This document shows, piece by piece, positions 1 through 9,810 of a stretch of DNA of 64,000 nt; within the stretch, counting starts at the first letter, position 1, and the number at the start of each line of letters is the position of its first letter. Both the position numbers and the translations under genes were made by a program. The notes under the pieces were generated by a model, which searched no databases, was not told the origin of the DNA, and saw only the letters and a list, made by a program, of their open reading frames with translations. Source of the DNA: Gammaproteobacteria bacterium (GTDB taxonomy: Bacteria; Pseudomonadota; Gammaproteobacteria; JAKDMP01); the NCBI GenBank assembly GCA_027018875.1, contig JALUYA010000032.1, forward strand, positions 26,567 through 90,566. Direction: 5' to 3'.

Positions 1-171
1 CGGCGCCGACAAGGCTGATCCCGCCGACGATCGCCAGTGAGCCGGCAATCGCCACTTTATCGGGCTGGCCCAGCAGATAGACCAAGATCGGAACCGTTAG
101 AATCGAGCCGCCCGAACCCAGCAACCCAAGGCTCAACCCGACCACAATGGCGCCCAGCCAGGCGAGAATCA
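1..171 (-). CDS. TauE/SafE (DUF81) family anion/sulfite exporter-like membrane protein, N-terminal portion only (gene runs off window start)
   Basis: Minus-strand ATG at 169-171 reads [57 protein letters not shown], the Gly-rich first TM repeat typical of TauE/SafE permeases. Confidence 0.6.
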
Positions 172-185
172 TCGCTTACCGGTCT

Positions 186-551
186 TCAAAATTCGGATGA
201 ATCGGTCAAGGGGCAGTACAGTTCATGCAGCAGGGTCAATATACGCCTTACTTTCTCGCTTTTTATCGAATAATAGACGCTTTGAGCTTCCCTGCGCGTG
301 CGCACCAGCCCGTCGCGGCGCAACAACGCCAAATGCTGAGAAAGTGCGGACTGGCTGATACTGACCCGCCGATTGATGGCTCCCACCGAAAGCTCGCCAT
401 CCACAAGATGGCACAAAATCAACAGGCGGACCGAATTGGCCAGCATTTTCATTAAAATCGCCGCATCATCGGCGTGTACGAGCATGTCCTGAAAAGTGCC
501 CTCCCGTGGCATTCCATCACCACGAATCCCTGCTGAAGCAAGATTGTGCAT
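186..551 (-). CDS. ArsR/SmtB family metalloregulatory HTH transcriptional regulator
   Basis: 121 aa ORF; core LANSVRLLILCHL...GELSVGAI...ISQSALSQHLALLRRDGLV...VYYSI is the ArsR wHTH signature; GGGGA RBS-like upstream; alternative start at 512 (MPREG). Confidence 0.75.
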   Translation of the reverse strand: MHNLASAGIRGDGMPREGTFQDMLVHADDAAILMKMLANSVRLLILCHLVDGELSVGAINRRVSISQSALSQHLALLRRDGLVRTRREAQSVYYSIKSEKVRRILTLLHELYCPLTDSSEF

Positions 552-715
552 AAGTCACTATCCCCGACTAACATCCAAAAGTATATTAGCTTTCTCTTGA
601 AGAAAGGTTTCACTTGCCCCCACGGAACACGGACGAACCGGCCACAGAGGCCGTTGGCGCCCGGATAAACCTCGTTGATTTCCCGCCCCCGGTAGACCGG
701 TGGACACGGAAGTAA

Positions 716-1129
716 TCACCCGCATACGCTGTCGCCGATCACCCCTTGCAACAACCCGAAAAAGGCCTGGGCAGCCTGGAGCAGGCCTCGTTGCATTATT
801 TTATCCGGTAAAAGGGCCGTTGGATGGCCAACTCCGATACCGACCGTCACCAGGTGTTTGATGGCCTCCGTGCCATCCGAATAGAAAGGATTTGCACACG
901 CCACCCCCCGCTCTCTTAACCGGGATTCAAACCACCTGACGGGTTCCAGGTTCGGGTTCGCGCAAGATAAAGGGCACGACGGCAAGGTGGCCGCAAGTCC
1001 AGGGCCCCACACCGGGTAGTGCATCATCTGTTCAGCAATTCGGCCTGAACCCCGGGGCGGACATGACTCTTCGGCCGAACCCAGGATTCTCACTGATCCG
1101 AAAGTTACACGTTGCGGAAAGCGGAACAA
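716..1129 (-). CDS. hypothetical protein (apparently co-transcribed upstream of arsR and the TauE gene)
   Basis: 137 aa ORF co-directional and closely spaced with arsR; no family recognised; true start may be the internal MMHYPVW (~1027); could be a spurious high-GC ORF. Confidence 0.3.
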   Translation of the reverse strand: MFRFPQRVTFGSVRILGSAEESCPPRGSGRIAEQMMHYPVWGPGLAATLPSCPLSCANPNLEPVRWFESRLRERGVACANPFYSDGTEAIKHLVTVGIGVGHPTALLPDKIMQRGLLQAAQAFFGLLQGVIGDSVCG

Positions 1130-1219
1130 AACCGACGGTTGACACGCCCGCGGTCACCCCCTGAAAAACACCCGGTTCTGGCAACGGACACTTTTTTATC
1201 CTACCATGAGACCACCCGC

Positions 1220-1882
1220 ATGGCTCTTCGGACACCGATTATGAACCCCTATGACCGTTTCCTCTTGCCGCATCTCATCGACTGGGTCTGTGCCTTGCCG
1301 CAACTGGGGCGCGAACGCGAGCGCATCGTGCCGCGGGCGGACGGCAAGGTGCTCGAGGTCGGCATCGGCAGCGGACACAACCTGGCTCATTATCGCCGCG
1401 ATCGGGTGGCGATGCTGACCGGAATCGATCCCGGTGCCCTGCGTCATCAAACCGAAAAACGGGCACTCAAGGCCCATATTCCGTTAGAACTTCTCCCCCT
1501 GTCCGCCGAGTCCATACCCGTCGAAGCGGAGAGTTTCGATACCGTAATCAGCACCTTCACCCTGTGCTCGATACCCAGAATAGACCGGGCACTGGAGGAA
1601 ATGCACCGGGTGCTGAAACCGGGCGGCCGATTCCTATTCCTTGAACACGGCGCCGCGCCAGAGCCCGGAGTCCGGCGCTGGCAGGATCGGCTGACCCCAT
1701 TGTGGAAACCGCTCGCCGGCGGCTGCCATCTCAACCGTGAGATCCCCGAACTCATCCGCGACGCCGGCTTCGAGATCCTCGAACAAAGCAGCCGTTATCT
1801 CCAAGGCCCCCGGATATTCGGCTACATTTATCGCGGTGAAGCCAGGGCGGCGCCGGCAACACCGGGAACACGGAACGGATAA
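1220..1882 (+). CDS. class I SAM-dependent methyltransferase (Methyltransf_11-like)
   Basis: Motif I VLEVGIGSGHN and post-I LKPGGRFLFLEH; ORF opens at 1112 but plausible starts are ATG 1220 (MALRT) or 1241 (MNPYD). Confidence 0.75.
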   Translation: MALRTPIMNPYDRFLLPHLIDWVCALPQLGRERERIVPRADGKVLEVGIGSGHNLAHYRRDRVAMLTGIDPGALRHQTEKRALKAHIPLELLPLSAESIPVEAESFDTVISTFTLCSIPRIDRALEEMHRVLKPGGRFLFLEHGAAPEPGVRRWQDRLTPLWKPLAGGCHLNREIPELIRDAGFEILEQSSRYLQGPRIFGYIYRGEARAAPATPGTRNG

Positions 1883-1950
1883 GCGGGAGGCCGCCGCCCG
1901 GGCATCCGTCGCTAAAGCGCATCGGTCCAGGACAAACCGCCGCACCCCCG

Positions 1951-2646
1951 TCACACCTCCAGCCATTCCCGGCGAACACTTTCCTGGGAAAGAAAGTCCT
2001 TCGGTGTACCACTGAACACGATCCGCCCGTGGCCCATGACCAGGACCTGGTGGGAAATACGCAAAGCGATTTGCAGCTTTTGCTCCACGAGAAGGATCGC
2101 CACGCCTTGCCCGGCGATCCTCTCAAGCAACATGCCGACCTGTTCGACCATCTGCGGGGCCAACCCTTCGGTCGGTTCGTCGACCATGACCAGGTCGGGA
2201 TCGCCCATCAGCGTGCGGCATATGGATAACATCTGCTGCTCTCCGCCCGACAAAACACCTGCCGGCGTTGCGGCGCGTTCTCTTAAGTTCGGAAAGAGAT
2301 CAAAAGTCGCCTGGACCGACCACCGCCCCTTCTGGTGCTTGCGCTTCATGCCAATGAGAAGGTTTTCGTGAACCGTCAGGGTCGGGAAAATATTTCGCCT
2401 CTCCGGCACGATTCCTATCCCCCGGCGGGCGATCTCATAGGGCGGAAGCCCGCCGATCTCCTGGTTCTTGAAGCGAATCGAGCCGGCCACTCTTACCATG
2501 CCCATAATGGCCTTGATGGTCGTGGAGCGCCCGACACCGTTCCGCCCCAAGAGGCTGACAACCTCGTTCTCGCCAACCGTAAGATTCACCCCTTGGAGAA
2601 TGTGACTCTTGCCGTAATAGGCGTGAAGATCAGTGACTTGCAGCAT
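1951..2646 (-). CDS. livF: branched-chain amino acid ABC transporter ATP-binding protein LivF
   Basis: MLQVTDLHAYYGKSHILQGVNL...GRNGVGRSTT (Walker A)...LSGGEQQML (signature)...LVMVDEPTEGL (Walker B); start chosen at internal ATG 2644-2646 overlapping livG stop. Confidence 0.9.
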   Translation of the reverse strand: MLQVTDLHAYYGKSHILQGVNLTVGENEVVSLLGRNGVGRSTTIKAIMGMVRVAGSIRFKNQEIGGLPPYEIARRGIGIVPERRNIFPTLTVHENLLIGMKRKHQKGRWSVQATFDLFPNLRERAATPAGVLSGGEQQMLSICRTLMGDPDLVMVDEPTEGLAPQMVEQVGMLLERIAGQGVAILLVEQKLQIALRISHQVLVMGHGRIVFSGTPKDFLSQESVRREWLEV

Positions 2647-3412
2647 GTGCCGATGTTTCCTGTTCCGCTGTCGAGCCCAGGTAGGCCCGCCGCACGGAGA
2701 CGTTGTTGCGAATCTCATCGGGCCCGCCCGTGGCAATGACCTCGCCGTAGACCAGAACGGAGATGCGATCCGCAAGACCGAAGACCACCTCCATGTCGTG
2801 CTCCACGATAAGCAGGGTCTTGCCTGCGGTCACGCGGCGGATGAGTTGAACCGCCTGTTCGGCCTCGGCCCGGCTCATACCCGCGGTGGGTTCATCCAGC
2901 AAAATAACGTTCGGCTCACCCGCGATGGTTATGCCGATCTCCAGCGCCCGCTGATCGGCATAGGAGAGCTCGGCACCGCTGACATCGCGCTGGGCGCCGA
3001 GGCCGATAATTTCCATCAATTCGGTTGCCCGTCTCCCGACCTCGGGCAGGCGCTGGATGCGGCGCCAAAAGTTATAACGATAGCCCAGGGACCACAGGAG
3101 CGCACAACGCAAGGTTTCGTATACCGTCAGGCGGGGAAAGATATTGATGACCTGAAAACTTCGGGCCAGCCCGGAACGCCGGATCCGGTAGGCGGAGTGG
3201 CCGGAGATATCTTTCCCGTGGAGGAAAACATGGCCCCCGGATAACGAGAAGCGGCCGCTGATGAGGTCGAACAGCGTCGATTTTCCGGCCCCGTTCGGCC
3301 CGATGATAGCGTGCCGCTCCCCGTGGCACACATCCAGGTTGACCCCACGGATAATATGCGCGAGACCAAACCTCTTGTTCACATTTTCCAACCGGAGGGC
3401 AGGAGGGCTCAT
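2630..3412 (-). CDS. livG: branched-chain amino acid ABC transporter ATP-binding protein LivG
   Basis: MSPPALRLENVNKRFGLAHIIRGVNL...GPNGAGKSTLF...LSYADQRALEI...ILLDEPTAGM; start ATG at 3410-3412 overlaps livM stop (ATGA). Confidence 0.9.
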   Translation of the reverse strand: MSPPALRLENVNKRFGLAHIIRGVNLDVCHGERHAIIGPNGAGKSTLFDLISGRFSLSGGHVFLHGKDISGHSAYRIRRSGLARSFQVINIFPRLTVYETLRCALLWSLGYRYNFWRRIQRLPEVGRRATELMEIIGLGAQRDVSGAELSYADQRALEIGITIAGEPNVILLDEPTAGMSRAEAEQAVQLIRRVTAGKTLLIVEHDMEVVFGLADRISVLVYGEVIATGGPDEIRNNVSVRRAYLGSTAEQETSAHAASH

Positions 3413-4719
3413 CCAGTATCCCCGTCCGCGCGGCTTGCAAGCGCCTGGGCGGCCTTGATCTCGACGGTGATCCGTTCCCAGGCACATCGCGCACGCGCGA
3501 CTCCAGGGCGCGCGCCGAGAAACGCGCCGGCCGTTACGGCGGCGCCGATCACCCAAGTCCAAACGCTGTGGTCATCGAACGCAAGGCCCATGAAGGTAAA
3601 CGACTGCGTCAGGAATATCTGCGCACCATGAAGCGCGTAGCCCATCTGCACCAGGAAGACCAGTCCCAGGAGGAAAACCCCGCCCGGGACGGCGACGAGA
3701 AGATAGGCCGGCAGCAAGTGATGGAGTTTGCGGTAGCGCATGGCCGGCGCATGCATCTTGAGCAGGCCGGCGATTCCGTCTGGAGCATAAATAACGATGA
3801 ACACGAACAACAAGCCAAGATAGAGTTGCCAGGCGTTCGTGTAGTTGCTGAGCTGGATTTGCATGAAGCTCAGGATGACCGCGCCGATAACCGGCCCGAA
3901 AAATATCGTCGTGCCACCGATATAGGCCATTATGATGACCTCTCCGGAGAGGACGAATCCCAAGGCATCCGGGGCAACGATTCCGTTTGTAATCGCCGCC
4001 ATACCCCCGGCGACGCCCGCGAAAAACCCGGCCAAAGTATGCATGCGTACCCGGATCTGGTAGGGGCTATAACCCATGAACTCCACGCGTTCCGAATTGT
4101 CGCGAACGGCGGTCGCCATTTGCCCGAGCGGCGTGTTCGTGAAGAAATAGATGAGGGCGACACAAACCACGCACCATGCCGCCATCAAGTAGTAAATTTC
4201 CAGGGGGCTGGTGAGCGTAAGACCGAACAGGTGCGTGCCGCCGGCCGGATTGCCGGCAAGCCCGCCGTCGCCGCCGAACCAGTGGCGCAGTATCAACGCC
4301 AGGGAGCCCATGAGAATCCCGATTCCGAACGAGATCATGGCAAAGCCGAGGCCCGCCCGCCGGACGGAGATCACCCCCAGCACGAACCCGAAAAACAATC
4401 CGGCCACGCCGCCAAGCAAAGGCGTCAGCTCCACCGGATAGGGAATGCGGGAGACGGCAAAGTAATTGAGCGCATGCACCGTAAAATAGGCACCGAGGCC
4501 ATAATAGACGGCATGGCCGAACGACAGCAGCCCCGTCTGCCCGAACAGGATGTTGTATGAAAGGGCGAACACGACGGCGACCGCCATCAGGCTAAGCACG
4601 GTAAGCGCGGCGTTCGAGTTAAAAACCCATGGCGCGGCGGCTAGGCTTACGACAAAAAAAGCCCCTGGGCCCAATCCTTGCGGCAACGACAAGCCTCGCG
4701 TGTAAGCACGATCCGCCAT
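3409..4719 (-). CDS. livM: branched-chain amino acid ABC transporter permease LivM
   Basis: 436 aa polytopic membrane protein, LivM-type permease, followed without gap by livG. Confidence 0.85.
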   Translation of the reverse strand: MADRAYTRGLSLPQGLGPGAFFVVSLAAAPWVFNSNAALTVLSLMAVAVVFALSYNILFGQTGLLSFGHAVYYGLGAYFTVHALNYFAVSRIPYPVELTPLLGGVAGLFFGFVLGVISVRRAGLGFAMISFGIGILMGSLALILRHWFGGDGGLAGNPAGGTHLFGLTLTSPLEIYYLMAAWCVVCVALIYFFTNTPLGQMATAVRDNSERVEFMGYSPYQIRVRMHTLAGFFAGVAGGMAAITNGIVAPDALGFVLSGEVIIMAYIGGTTIFFGPVIGAVILSFMQIQLSNYTNAWQLYLGLLFVFIVIYAPDGIAGLLKMHAPAMRYRKLHHLLPAYLLVAVPGGVFLLGLVFLVQMGYALHGAQIFLTQSFTFMGLAFDDHSVWTWVIGAAVTAGAFLGARPGVARARCAWERITVEIKAAQALASRADGDTG

Positions 4720-4727
4720 GGCGTTAC

Positions 4728-5669
4728 TCAGGTTTTCACCTTCCCCATCAAGCCCTGCGGGCGAAAGACCAGGATCAAGATCATGAGCAGATAAGGCATG
4801 ATGGCGGCGAGCTGCGACAGGGGTTGGTTCAGGAGTTCATAGAAGGGGGCATGCGCCCCCATGGAAAGCCCGGCCAGGCCCGCGAGCGACACGTTCAGCG
4901 TCATCATGTAGTTTTGCAGAAACCCGATAAGGAGAGACGCCGCGAGCGCGCCGGTGAACGATCCCATACCGCCGATGACAACGACGACGAAAGTAATGGG
5001 AAGGAGGGAAAGGGCCATGCCGGGCTCGGTCACGAGAATGTTGCCCCCAACGACGCCCGCCACGCCGGCGAGCGCGCAGCCGATGCCGAACACGAGCGTA
5101 AATATCTGCGCGATGTTGTGCCCCAGCATGCCCACCATGTCCCGGTCGCCCAGCGCGGCCTGGATGATGATGCCGAGACGCGTTTTCTTGAGCAGCAGAT
5201 AGAGCAATATGAAAATGGCGACCGCTACGGCCATCATAAAGACATTGTAGGCGGGGTAGGAAACTCCGGCTATCGAGAAAATGGGAAAATCGAGACTTCG
5301 TGGAATACCGTAATTTACGGCGTTGACCCCCCAAGCGAGCTTGACCGCCTCGAGAATTAGGTAGCTTAACCCGAAAGTCAGCAGGAGTTCGGCCACTTGT
5401 CCCCGCATGTGCACCTTGTTCAGCAGATATCGCTCGACGGCGGCACCTAATAATCCGACAAGAAGAGGCGCGAGGAAAAGAGCGACCCAATAATTGGTCC
5501 ACACCATGAGTTGGAACCCGAGATACGCACCCAGCATGTAGAAGCTCACTTGCGCGAAGTTGAGCACACCCATCATGCTGAAAATAAGCGTAAGGCCGCT
5601 GCTGAGCAGGAAGAGCAGCAGGCCGTACATCAACCCATTCACCAGAACGAAGATGGTGGTGTGCAGCAC
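4728..5669 (-). CDS. livH: branched-chain amino acid ABC transporter permease LivH
   Basis: 313 aa; MLHTTIFVLVNGLMYGLLLFLLSSGLTLIFSMMGVLNFAQ... typical LivH N-terminus; 8 bp upstream of livM. Confidence 0.85.
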   Translation of the reverse strand: MLHTTIFVLVNGLMYGLLLFLLSSGLTLIFSMMGVLNFAQVSFYMLGAYLGFQLMVWTNYWVALFLAPLLVGLLGAAVERYLLNKVHMRGQVAELLLTFGLSYLILEAVKLAWGVNAVNYGIPRSLDFPIFSIAGVSYPAYNVFMMAVAVAIFILLYLLLKKTRLGIIIQAALGDRDMVGMLGHNIAQIFTLVFGIGCALAGVAGVVGGNILVTEPGMALSLLPITFVVVVIGGMGSFTGALAASLLIGFLQNYMMTLNVSLAGLAGLSMGAHAPFYELLNQPLSQLAAIMPYLLMILILVFRPQGLMGKVKT

Positions 5670-5808
5670 GGTTCAGCCCCCGCCGGTACAAACCGCCGCT
5701 CGGGGCGGCACCCCCTGGCGATAGGTTCGGAGTCCCGGTTGCGGTGCGGCCCCGGCGGATACCGGGGTCTCGATACCGGGCACCTTCATGACAATCGGTT
5801 TCCCCCGG

Positions 5809-7158
5809 TCACTGTCCGGTGTTGTCGTAATACGCGTTATACAGCACCGCAGCCTTCGGCCGCACCATGTGGCAAGAGCTCGGCAGCATCATGCTGATCG
5901 CCGGGATACGCCCGACGGCCCTCCACTGCATATCGGTACCTTGCAGGTAGGGCTTCACGCCCTTCTCGAGAATCGACAGATACATGGGCATAACCGCGGC
6001 GTTGTTGTCGGCGCGCATATAGACATCGCCGACCGGCGAATCGTAGTGCATTCCCTCGAGATGCAGGGCAACCCGGGTTGGATCGTCGGTCCCCGCCTCT
6101 TCGATGGCCTTGGCCAGCATTCCCGTGAGATACACTTGGGAGCCGTAGTACCAGTCGGTGTGATACTCGGCCTTGAACTCCGTCGCGAGCCTGGTCTCCG
6201 AACTCTTGACCGTCGCCACCCACGGGGTGATCTGCATGATGCGGCCCGCACCGATATCGCCGATCGCCTGGGGAGTGCCGGGCATCCCCGCATAAAACGT
6301 GAAGAACCGGATGCCCGTAAGCCTGGCTTGCCCGGCCGCCTTCCCCAGCAGTGCCATGTCGGCCCCCCAGTTCCCGGTGATGACCGCCTGCGCTCCCGAC
6401 TGTTTTATCTGGTAAACGAAGGGAGTGTAGTCCTTGACCTTGCCGATCGGCGTAAACAGGTCACCAACGATTTTGATGTCCGGCCGTGCCCGCTGCAGCA
6501 TCTCCCTCGCCGCCTCGTCCACCGCGTGACCGTACGAATAATCCATGTTAATCAGAAAGACCTTATGAATTTCCTTCTGAGACTTTATGTAACTCACCAG
6601 GGCGGCCATCTTCATATTCACGTTGGCGTCGAAATTGAAGTGGTAAAAACCGCAGTCGCCGTTGCTCAACCCGGGATCGATCGAGGCGTAATTCAGATAC
6701 AGAATCTTGTCTTTGGGGTGGTTCCGATTATGCTTCTTGAGCCAATGAACCAGGGCAAACGCAACATTGGAGCCGAGACCTTGCACCAGGTAGTGAATGC
6801 CCTCATCGGCGGCTTTCTCGGCATCCAATTGCGCCACAGCGGGACTTACCTTATCGTCGAAGAGAACGAGCTTAAGCTTATAGCGCCCAAGTGCCCCGGA
6901 CCGGTTAACCTTCTTGACCATGAATGCGAGTTCCTGCGCATAGGCGATCCCGACCGGCCCAAAGGGACCGGAAAACGGATCGATCAAGGCAACCGGGATG
7001 ACCTTCGCCGCGGCCTGCGCCGAGCCCATCAGTTGAAGAGCCAAGATAATGGCCGCCGCTACGCCGGCCAGCGACAACCTGCAGCGCCTTCCGAGTGCGG
7101 GCCAAGCTTTCCGCGCGGCGGCGCTTATCCCGACAGTAGCTTGGAAACGAATCTCATC
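5809..7158 (-). CDS. branched-chain amino acid ABC transporter periplasmic substrate-binding protein (LivJ/LivK-like)
   Basis: Type I periplasmic binding fold with signal peptide ...LSLAGVAAAIILALQLMGSAQA/AAK; ORF opens at 7284 but N-terminal 40+ aa look non-native; start placed at in-frame GTG 7156-7158, ambiguous (poor SD spacing; a TTG at ~7072 is an alternative). Confidence 0.7.
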   Translation of the reverse strand, partial: DEIRFQATVGISAAARKAWPALGRRCRLSLAGVAAAIILALQLMGSAQAAAKVIPVALIDPFSGPFGPVGIAYAQELAFMVKKVNRSGALGRYKLKLVLFDDKVSPAVAQLDAEKAADEGIHYLVQGLGSNVAFALVHWLKKHNRNHPKDKILYLNYASIDPGLSNGDCGFYHFNFDANVNMKMAALVSYIKSQKEIHKVFLINMDYSYGHAVDEAAREMLQRARPDIKIVGDLFTPIGKVKDYTPFVYQIKQSGAQAVITGNWGADMALLGKAAGQARLTGIRFFTFYAGMPGTPQAIGDIGAGRIMQITPWVATVKSSETRLATEFKAEYHTDWYYGSQVYLTGMLAKAIEEAGTDDPTRVALHLEGMHYDSPVGDVYMRADNNAAVMPMYLSILEKGVKPYLQGTDMQWRAVGRIPAISMMLPSSCHMVRPKAAVLYNAYYDNTGQ

Positions 7159-7362
7159 CACCTCCTTCCGGTACAGTAATCGCCCCGCTCCACTGAACCG
7201 CTTACGAACATTCCCCCCACTTCTTTCGGCACCCGTTCCCGTGTAGCGGAGTAACCGCTGGGAATCAACCGGCAAGACGGTCACAACACGATCGAAAGCG
7301 GTTTAAGTTTAGAATGCCTTAAGCTCGGCGTCAATGCCGAAGAGGAAAATCATCCGTGCCAT

Positions 7363-8208
7363 TCACCGCCCCGGTTCAACCTCGAGGCGTAGCGAAAGGT
7401 CCAAGGCGCGAACGTTCTTGGTCAGGTCCCCGACAGAAATATAATCGACCCCGGTTTGGGCGATCTCGCGTACATTACCGAGCGAAACATTGCCCGAAGC
7501 CTCCAGCTCGGCCCGCCCGGCGGTTATGGCAACGGCCCGCGACAGGAGTTCGGGAGTGAAATTATCCAGGAGAATCCGGGCGGCACCGGCGGCGAGCGCT
7601 TGCGCCAATTCCCCCAGATTTTCCACCTCGACCTCGACCGGCACCCCGACCCCGGCGACCCGGGCAAGCGCCGCCCCGATACCGCCCGCCGTGGCGATGT
7701 GGTTTTCCTTGATCAGAATTGCATCGTACAGCCCCATGCGATGGTTGCCGCAACCACCGACCGCGACCGCATACTTCTGGGCGGCACGCAGCCCGGGAAG
7801 GGTCTTGCGGGTATCGATCACCTGAGCAGTGCTCCCCGCGACCGCCATGGCATAGCGCCGGGCAAGCGTCGCCGTACCGCAGAGCAACTGCAGAAAATTG
7901 AGCGCGGTCCGCTCGGCGGTGAGGATGGCGCGGGCCGGACCTTCCAGGACGCACAATATGTCATTTTTCGACAGGGCATCACCGTCGCTCCGGCACCAGC
8001 CGAGGCTGATCCCGGGATCGACCTGGTGGAATGCCGCCTGGGCCCAGGGGATTCCTGCCACAACCCCCGGCTCACGCGCAATAATGTGCCCCTTGGCGCG
8101 GGTATGTGCCGGCACCAGGGCCGCGCTCAGGTCTCCCGACCCGATATCCTCGGCCAAGGCCCGGGCAACGGTCCGGTCCGGATCGACGGGAGGGAAATGC
8201 TTGGCCAA
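7363..8208 (-). CDS. nadC: nicotinate-nucleotide pyrophosphorylase (carboxylating) / quinolinate phosphoribosyltransferase NadC
   Basis: LAEDIGSGDLSAALVP...HIIAREPGVVAG...TRKTLPGLR...AVGGCGNHRMGLYDAILIKENHI...; start at TTG 8206-8208 preceded by AGGAG; ORF opens at 8277. Confidence 0.85.
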   Translation of the reverse strand: MAKHFPPVDPDRTVARALAEDIGSGDLSAALVPAHTRAKGHIIAREPGVVAGIPWAQAAFHQVDPGISLGWCRSDGDALSKNDILCVLEGPARAILTAERTALNFLQLLCGTATLARRYAMAVAGSTAQVIDTRKTLPGLRAAQKYAVAVGGCGNHRMGLYDAILIKENHIATAGGIGAALARVAGVGVPVEVEVENLGELAQALAAGAARILLDNFTPELLSRAVAITAGRAELEASGNVSLGNVREIAQTGVDYISVGDLTKNVRALDLSLRLEVEPGR

Positions 8209-8302
8209 GATGCTCCTGCCGGAAACGAAACCGATGAATATAGTAAGTTGTACCGCCTCGCAACGACAACCAACCATTTAGAAACCCAGGAACGATCATC
8301 CC

Positions 8303-9652
8303 ATGAAAACCAGCCAGTTTGATCTTGTCGTGATCGGTGGTGGCAGCGGCGGAGTAGCCGCCGCAAACCGTGCGGCCACCTACGGCGCCCAGGTCGCCCT
8401 GATCGAGGCCGAGCGCCTCGGAGGCACCTGCGTCAACCGCGGCTGTGTGCCGAAAAAGCTCGCCTGGTACGCGGCCCGAACCGCCGCGGCGCTGCGCAAT
8501 GCCCCCGGATACGGTTTTCAGCCGGTAACGGCCCAGCACGATTTCAACGACTTGCGCATCGCCCGGGATAATTACATCATCCACCTCAACCGCCACTACG
8601 CCGAAGGGCTGGAGGCAAATGGCGTGCAGGTCTTCCGCGGCATGGGCCGGTTTATCGACGCCCGCACCGTTGCCGTAGGCCTCCGCCGACTCGAAGGGCG
8701 GCATATTCTGATAGCCACCGGCAGCCGGCCACGAATGTTGGCGGTTCCCGGAGGCGAACTGGCGCTGACATCCGATGGTTTCTTTACCCTGGAAAACCGC
8801 CCCCGGCGGGTGGCGATGATCGGCGCCGGGTTTATCGCCGCCGAACTCGGCGGCATCTTCGCGTCACTTGGCAGCCACGTGTGCATGTTCCTTGGTGGCC
8901 GTGAGCCCCTCGCCCACTTCGACCCGTTCATCGGCCGGGTTTTCCGCGAGGTGCTGGAAGCCCAGGGAGTAAACTGTCACCGCGACACCGTTGTCGGCCT
9001 GCGCCGCGAGAACGATGAATTCCTCGTGCTGGCCGACACGGGCCAGGTCCGCCGTTATGATGCCGTGTTCAATGCTATCGGTCGCGTACCGAATACGGCT
9101 GGACTCGACTTGGAAGCCGCCGGCGTACAATTCGATTCCTGGAACGCGGTAATGGTCAACCGCTACCAGACCACCAATATCGAGCACATCCATGCCGTCG
9201 GTGACGTGACCGGACGGGGCCACCAACTGACGCCGGTCGCCATCGCGGCGGGCCGCCGGCTCGCCGAGCGCCTGTTCGGCGGGATGCCCGGGCGTCACCT
9301 GGATTACGAGTGCATCCCTTCCGTGGTTTTCAGCCATCCACCGGTCGGAACCGTCGGCCTCACCGAGCCGCAAGCCCGAGAACGGTTCGGCTCCGAGGTC
9401 AAAAGCTACAGCCACCGCTTCACTCCCCTGGCCGATGCCCTGACGCCGCACCGCCGGCTCGCGGCGATTAAATTGATTACGGTCGGTGCCGAGGAGCGGG
9501 TCGCCGGAATTCATGCCCTGGGGGAAGGGGCAGACGAAATGCTTCAGGGATTTGCCGTGGCAATGCGCATGGGCGCGACCAAGCGCGACCTGGACGACAC
9601 CGTGGCCATCCACCCCACCAGTGCCGAGGAACTGGTAACTCTGCGAGGATGA
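8303..9652 (+). CDS. gor: glutathione-disulfide reductase (FAD/NAD(P) pyridine nucleotide-disulfide oxidoreductase)
   Basis: [30 protein letters not shown]...[13 protein letters not shown] redox-active disulfide motif; C-terminal [12 protein letters not shown] typical of glutathione reductase. Confidence 0.8.
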   Translation: MKTSQFDLVVIGGGSGGVAAANRAATYGAQVALIEAERLGGTCVNRGCVPKKLAWYAARTAAALRNAPGYGFQPVTAQHDFNDLRIARDNYIIHLNRHYAEGLEANGVQVFRGMGRFIDARTVAVGLRRLEGRHILIATGSRPRMLAVPGGELALTSDGFFTLENRPRRVAMIGAGFIAAELGGIFASLGSHVCMFLGGREPLAHFDPFIGRVFREVLEAQGVNCHRDTVVGLRRENDEFLVLADTGQVRRYDAVFNAIGRVPNTAGLDLEAAGVQFDSWNAVMVNRYQTTNIEHIHAVGDVTGRGHQLTPVAIAAGRRLAERLFGGMPGRHLDYECIPSVVFSHPPVGTVGLTEPQARERFGSEVKSYSHRFTPLADALTPHRRLAAIKLITVGAEERVAGIHALGEGADEMLQGFAVAMRMGATKRDLDDTVAIHPTSAEELVTLRG

Positions 9653-9782
9653 GCCGGAGGCTTGCCGTGGACGGCCTGGAAACCGAGGCCGGAACGGCTC
9701 AAAGGCGCTTGCCTCGATTGTGCCGGCCCGGTACCAAAATTCAGGCGCGGACGGTCCTCGGACTTCTCCCGCCGCGTGAGTG

Positions 9783-9799
9783 CAGCGTTATCAACGCTG
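9783..9799. terminator. short hairpin in convergent gor / VOC gene 3' intergenic region
   Basis: CAGCGTT-ATC-AACGCTG 7-bp perfect stem with minimal loop followed by CTTTTG; lies in the 158-bp gap between convergent genes. Confidence 0.3.
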
Positions 9800-9810
9800 G
9801 AGCCCGGATA

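Noticed and set aside
687-700. Small palindrome CCGGT-AG-ACCGG upstream of the arsR operon as an ArsR operator
   Set aside because: A 5-bp half-site is too short to distinguish from chance in GC-rich DNA. Its position relative to any promoter is unclear.
3568-4560. Large antisense/alternate-frame ORFs inside confirmed genes. Examples: 3568-4560 in livM, 5788-7179 in the binding-protein gene, 31275-32606 in fliD, 35561-37195 in the GT gene, 55477-57177 opposite the MCP, 10238-11173 in aroE.
   Set aside because: Typical spurious ORFs of a ~65% GC genome. Their translations are Arg/Pro/Gly-rich with no motifs, and each overlaps a gene with strong homology.
5758-5782. Direct repeat GATACCGGGG-N5-GATACCGGGC in the livH/binding-protein intergenic region
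   Set aside because: It is short (9/10 nt) and GC-rich. It could be chance or a minor regulator site, and there is not enough signal to call.
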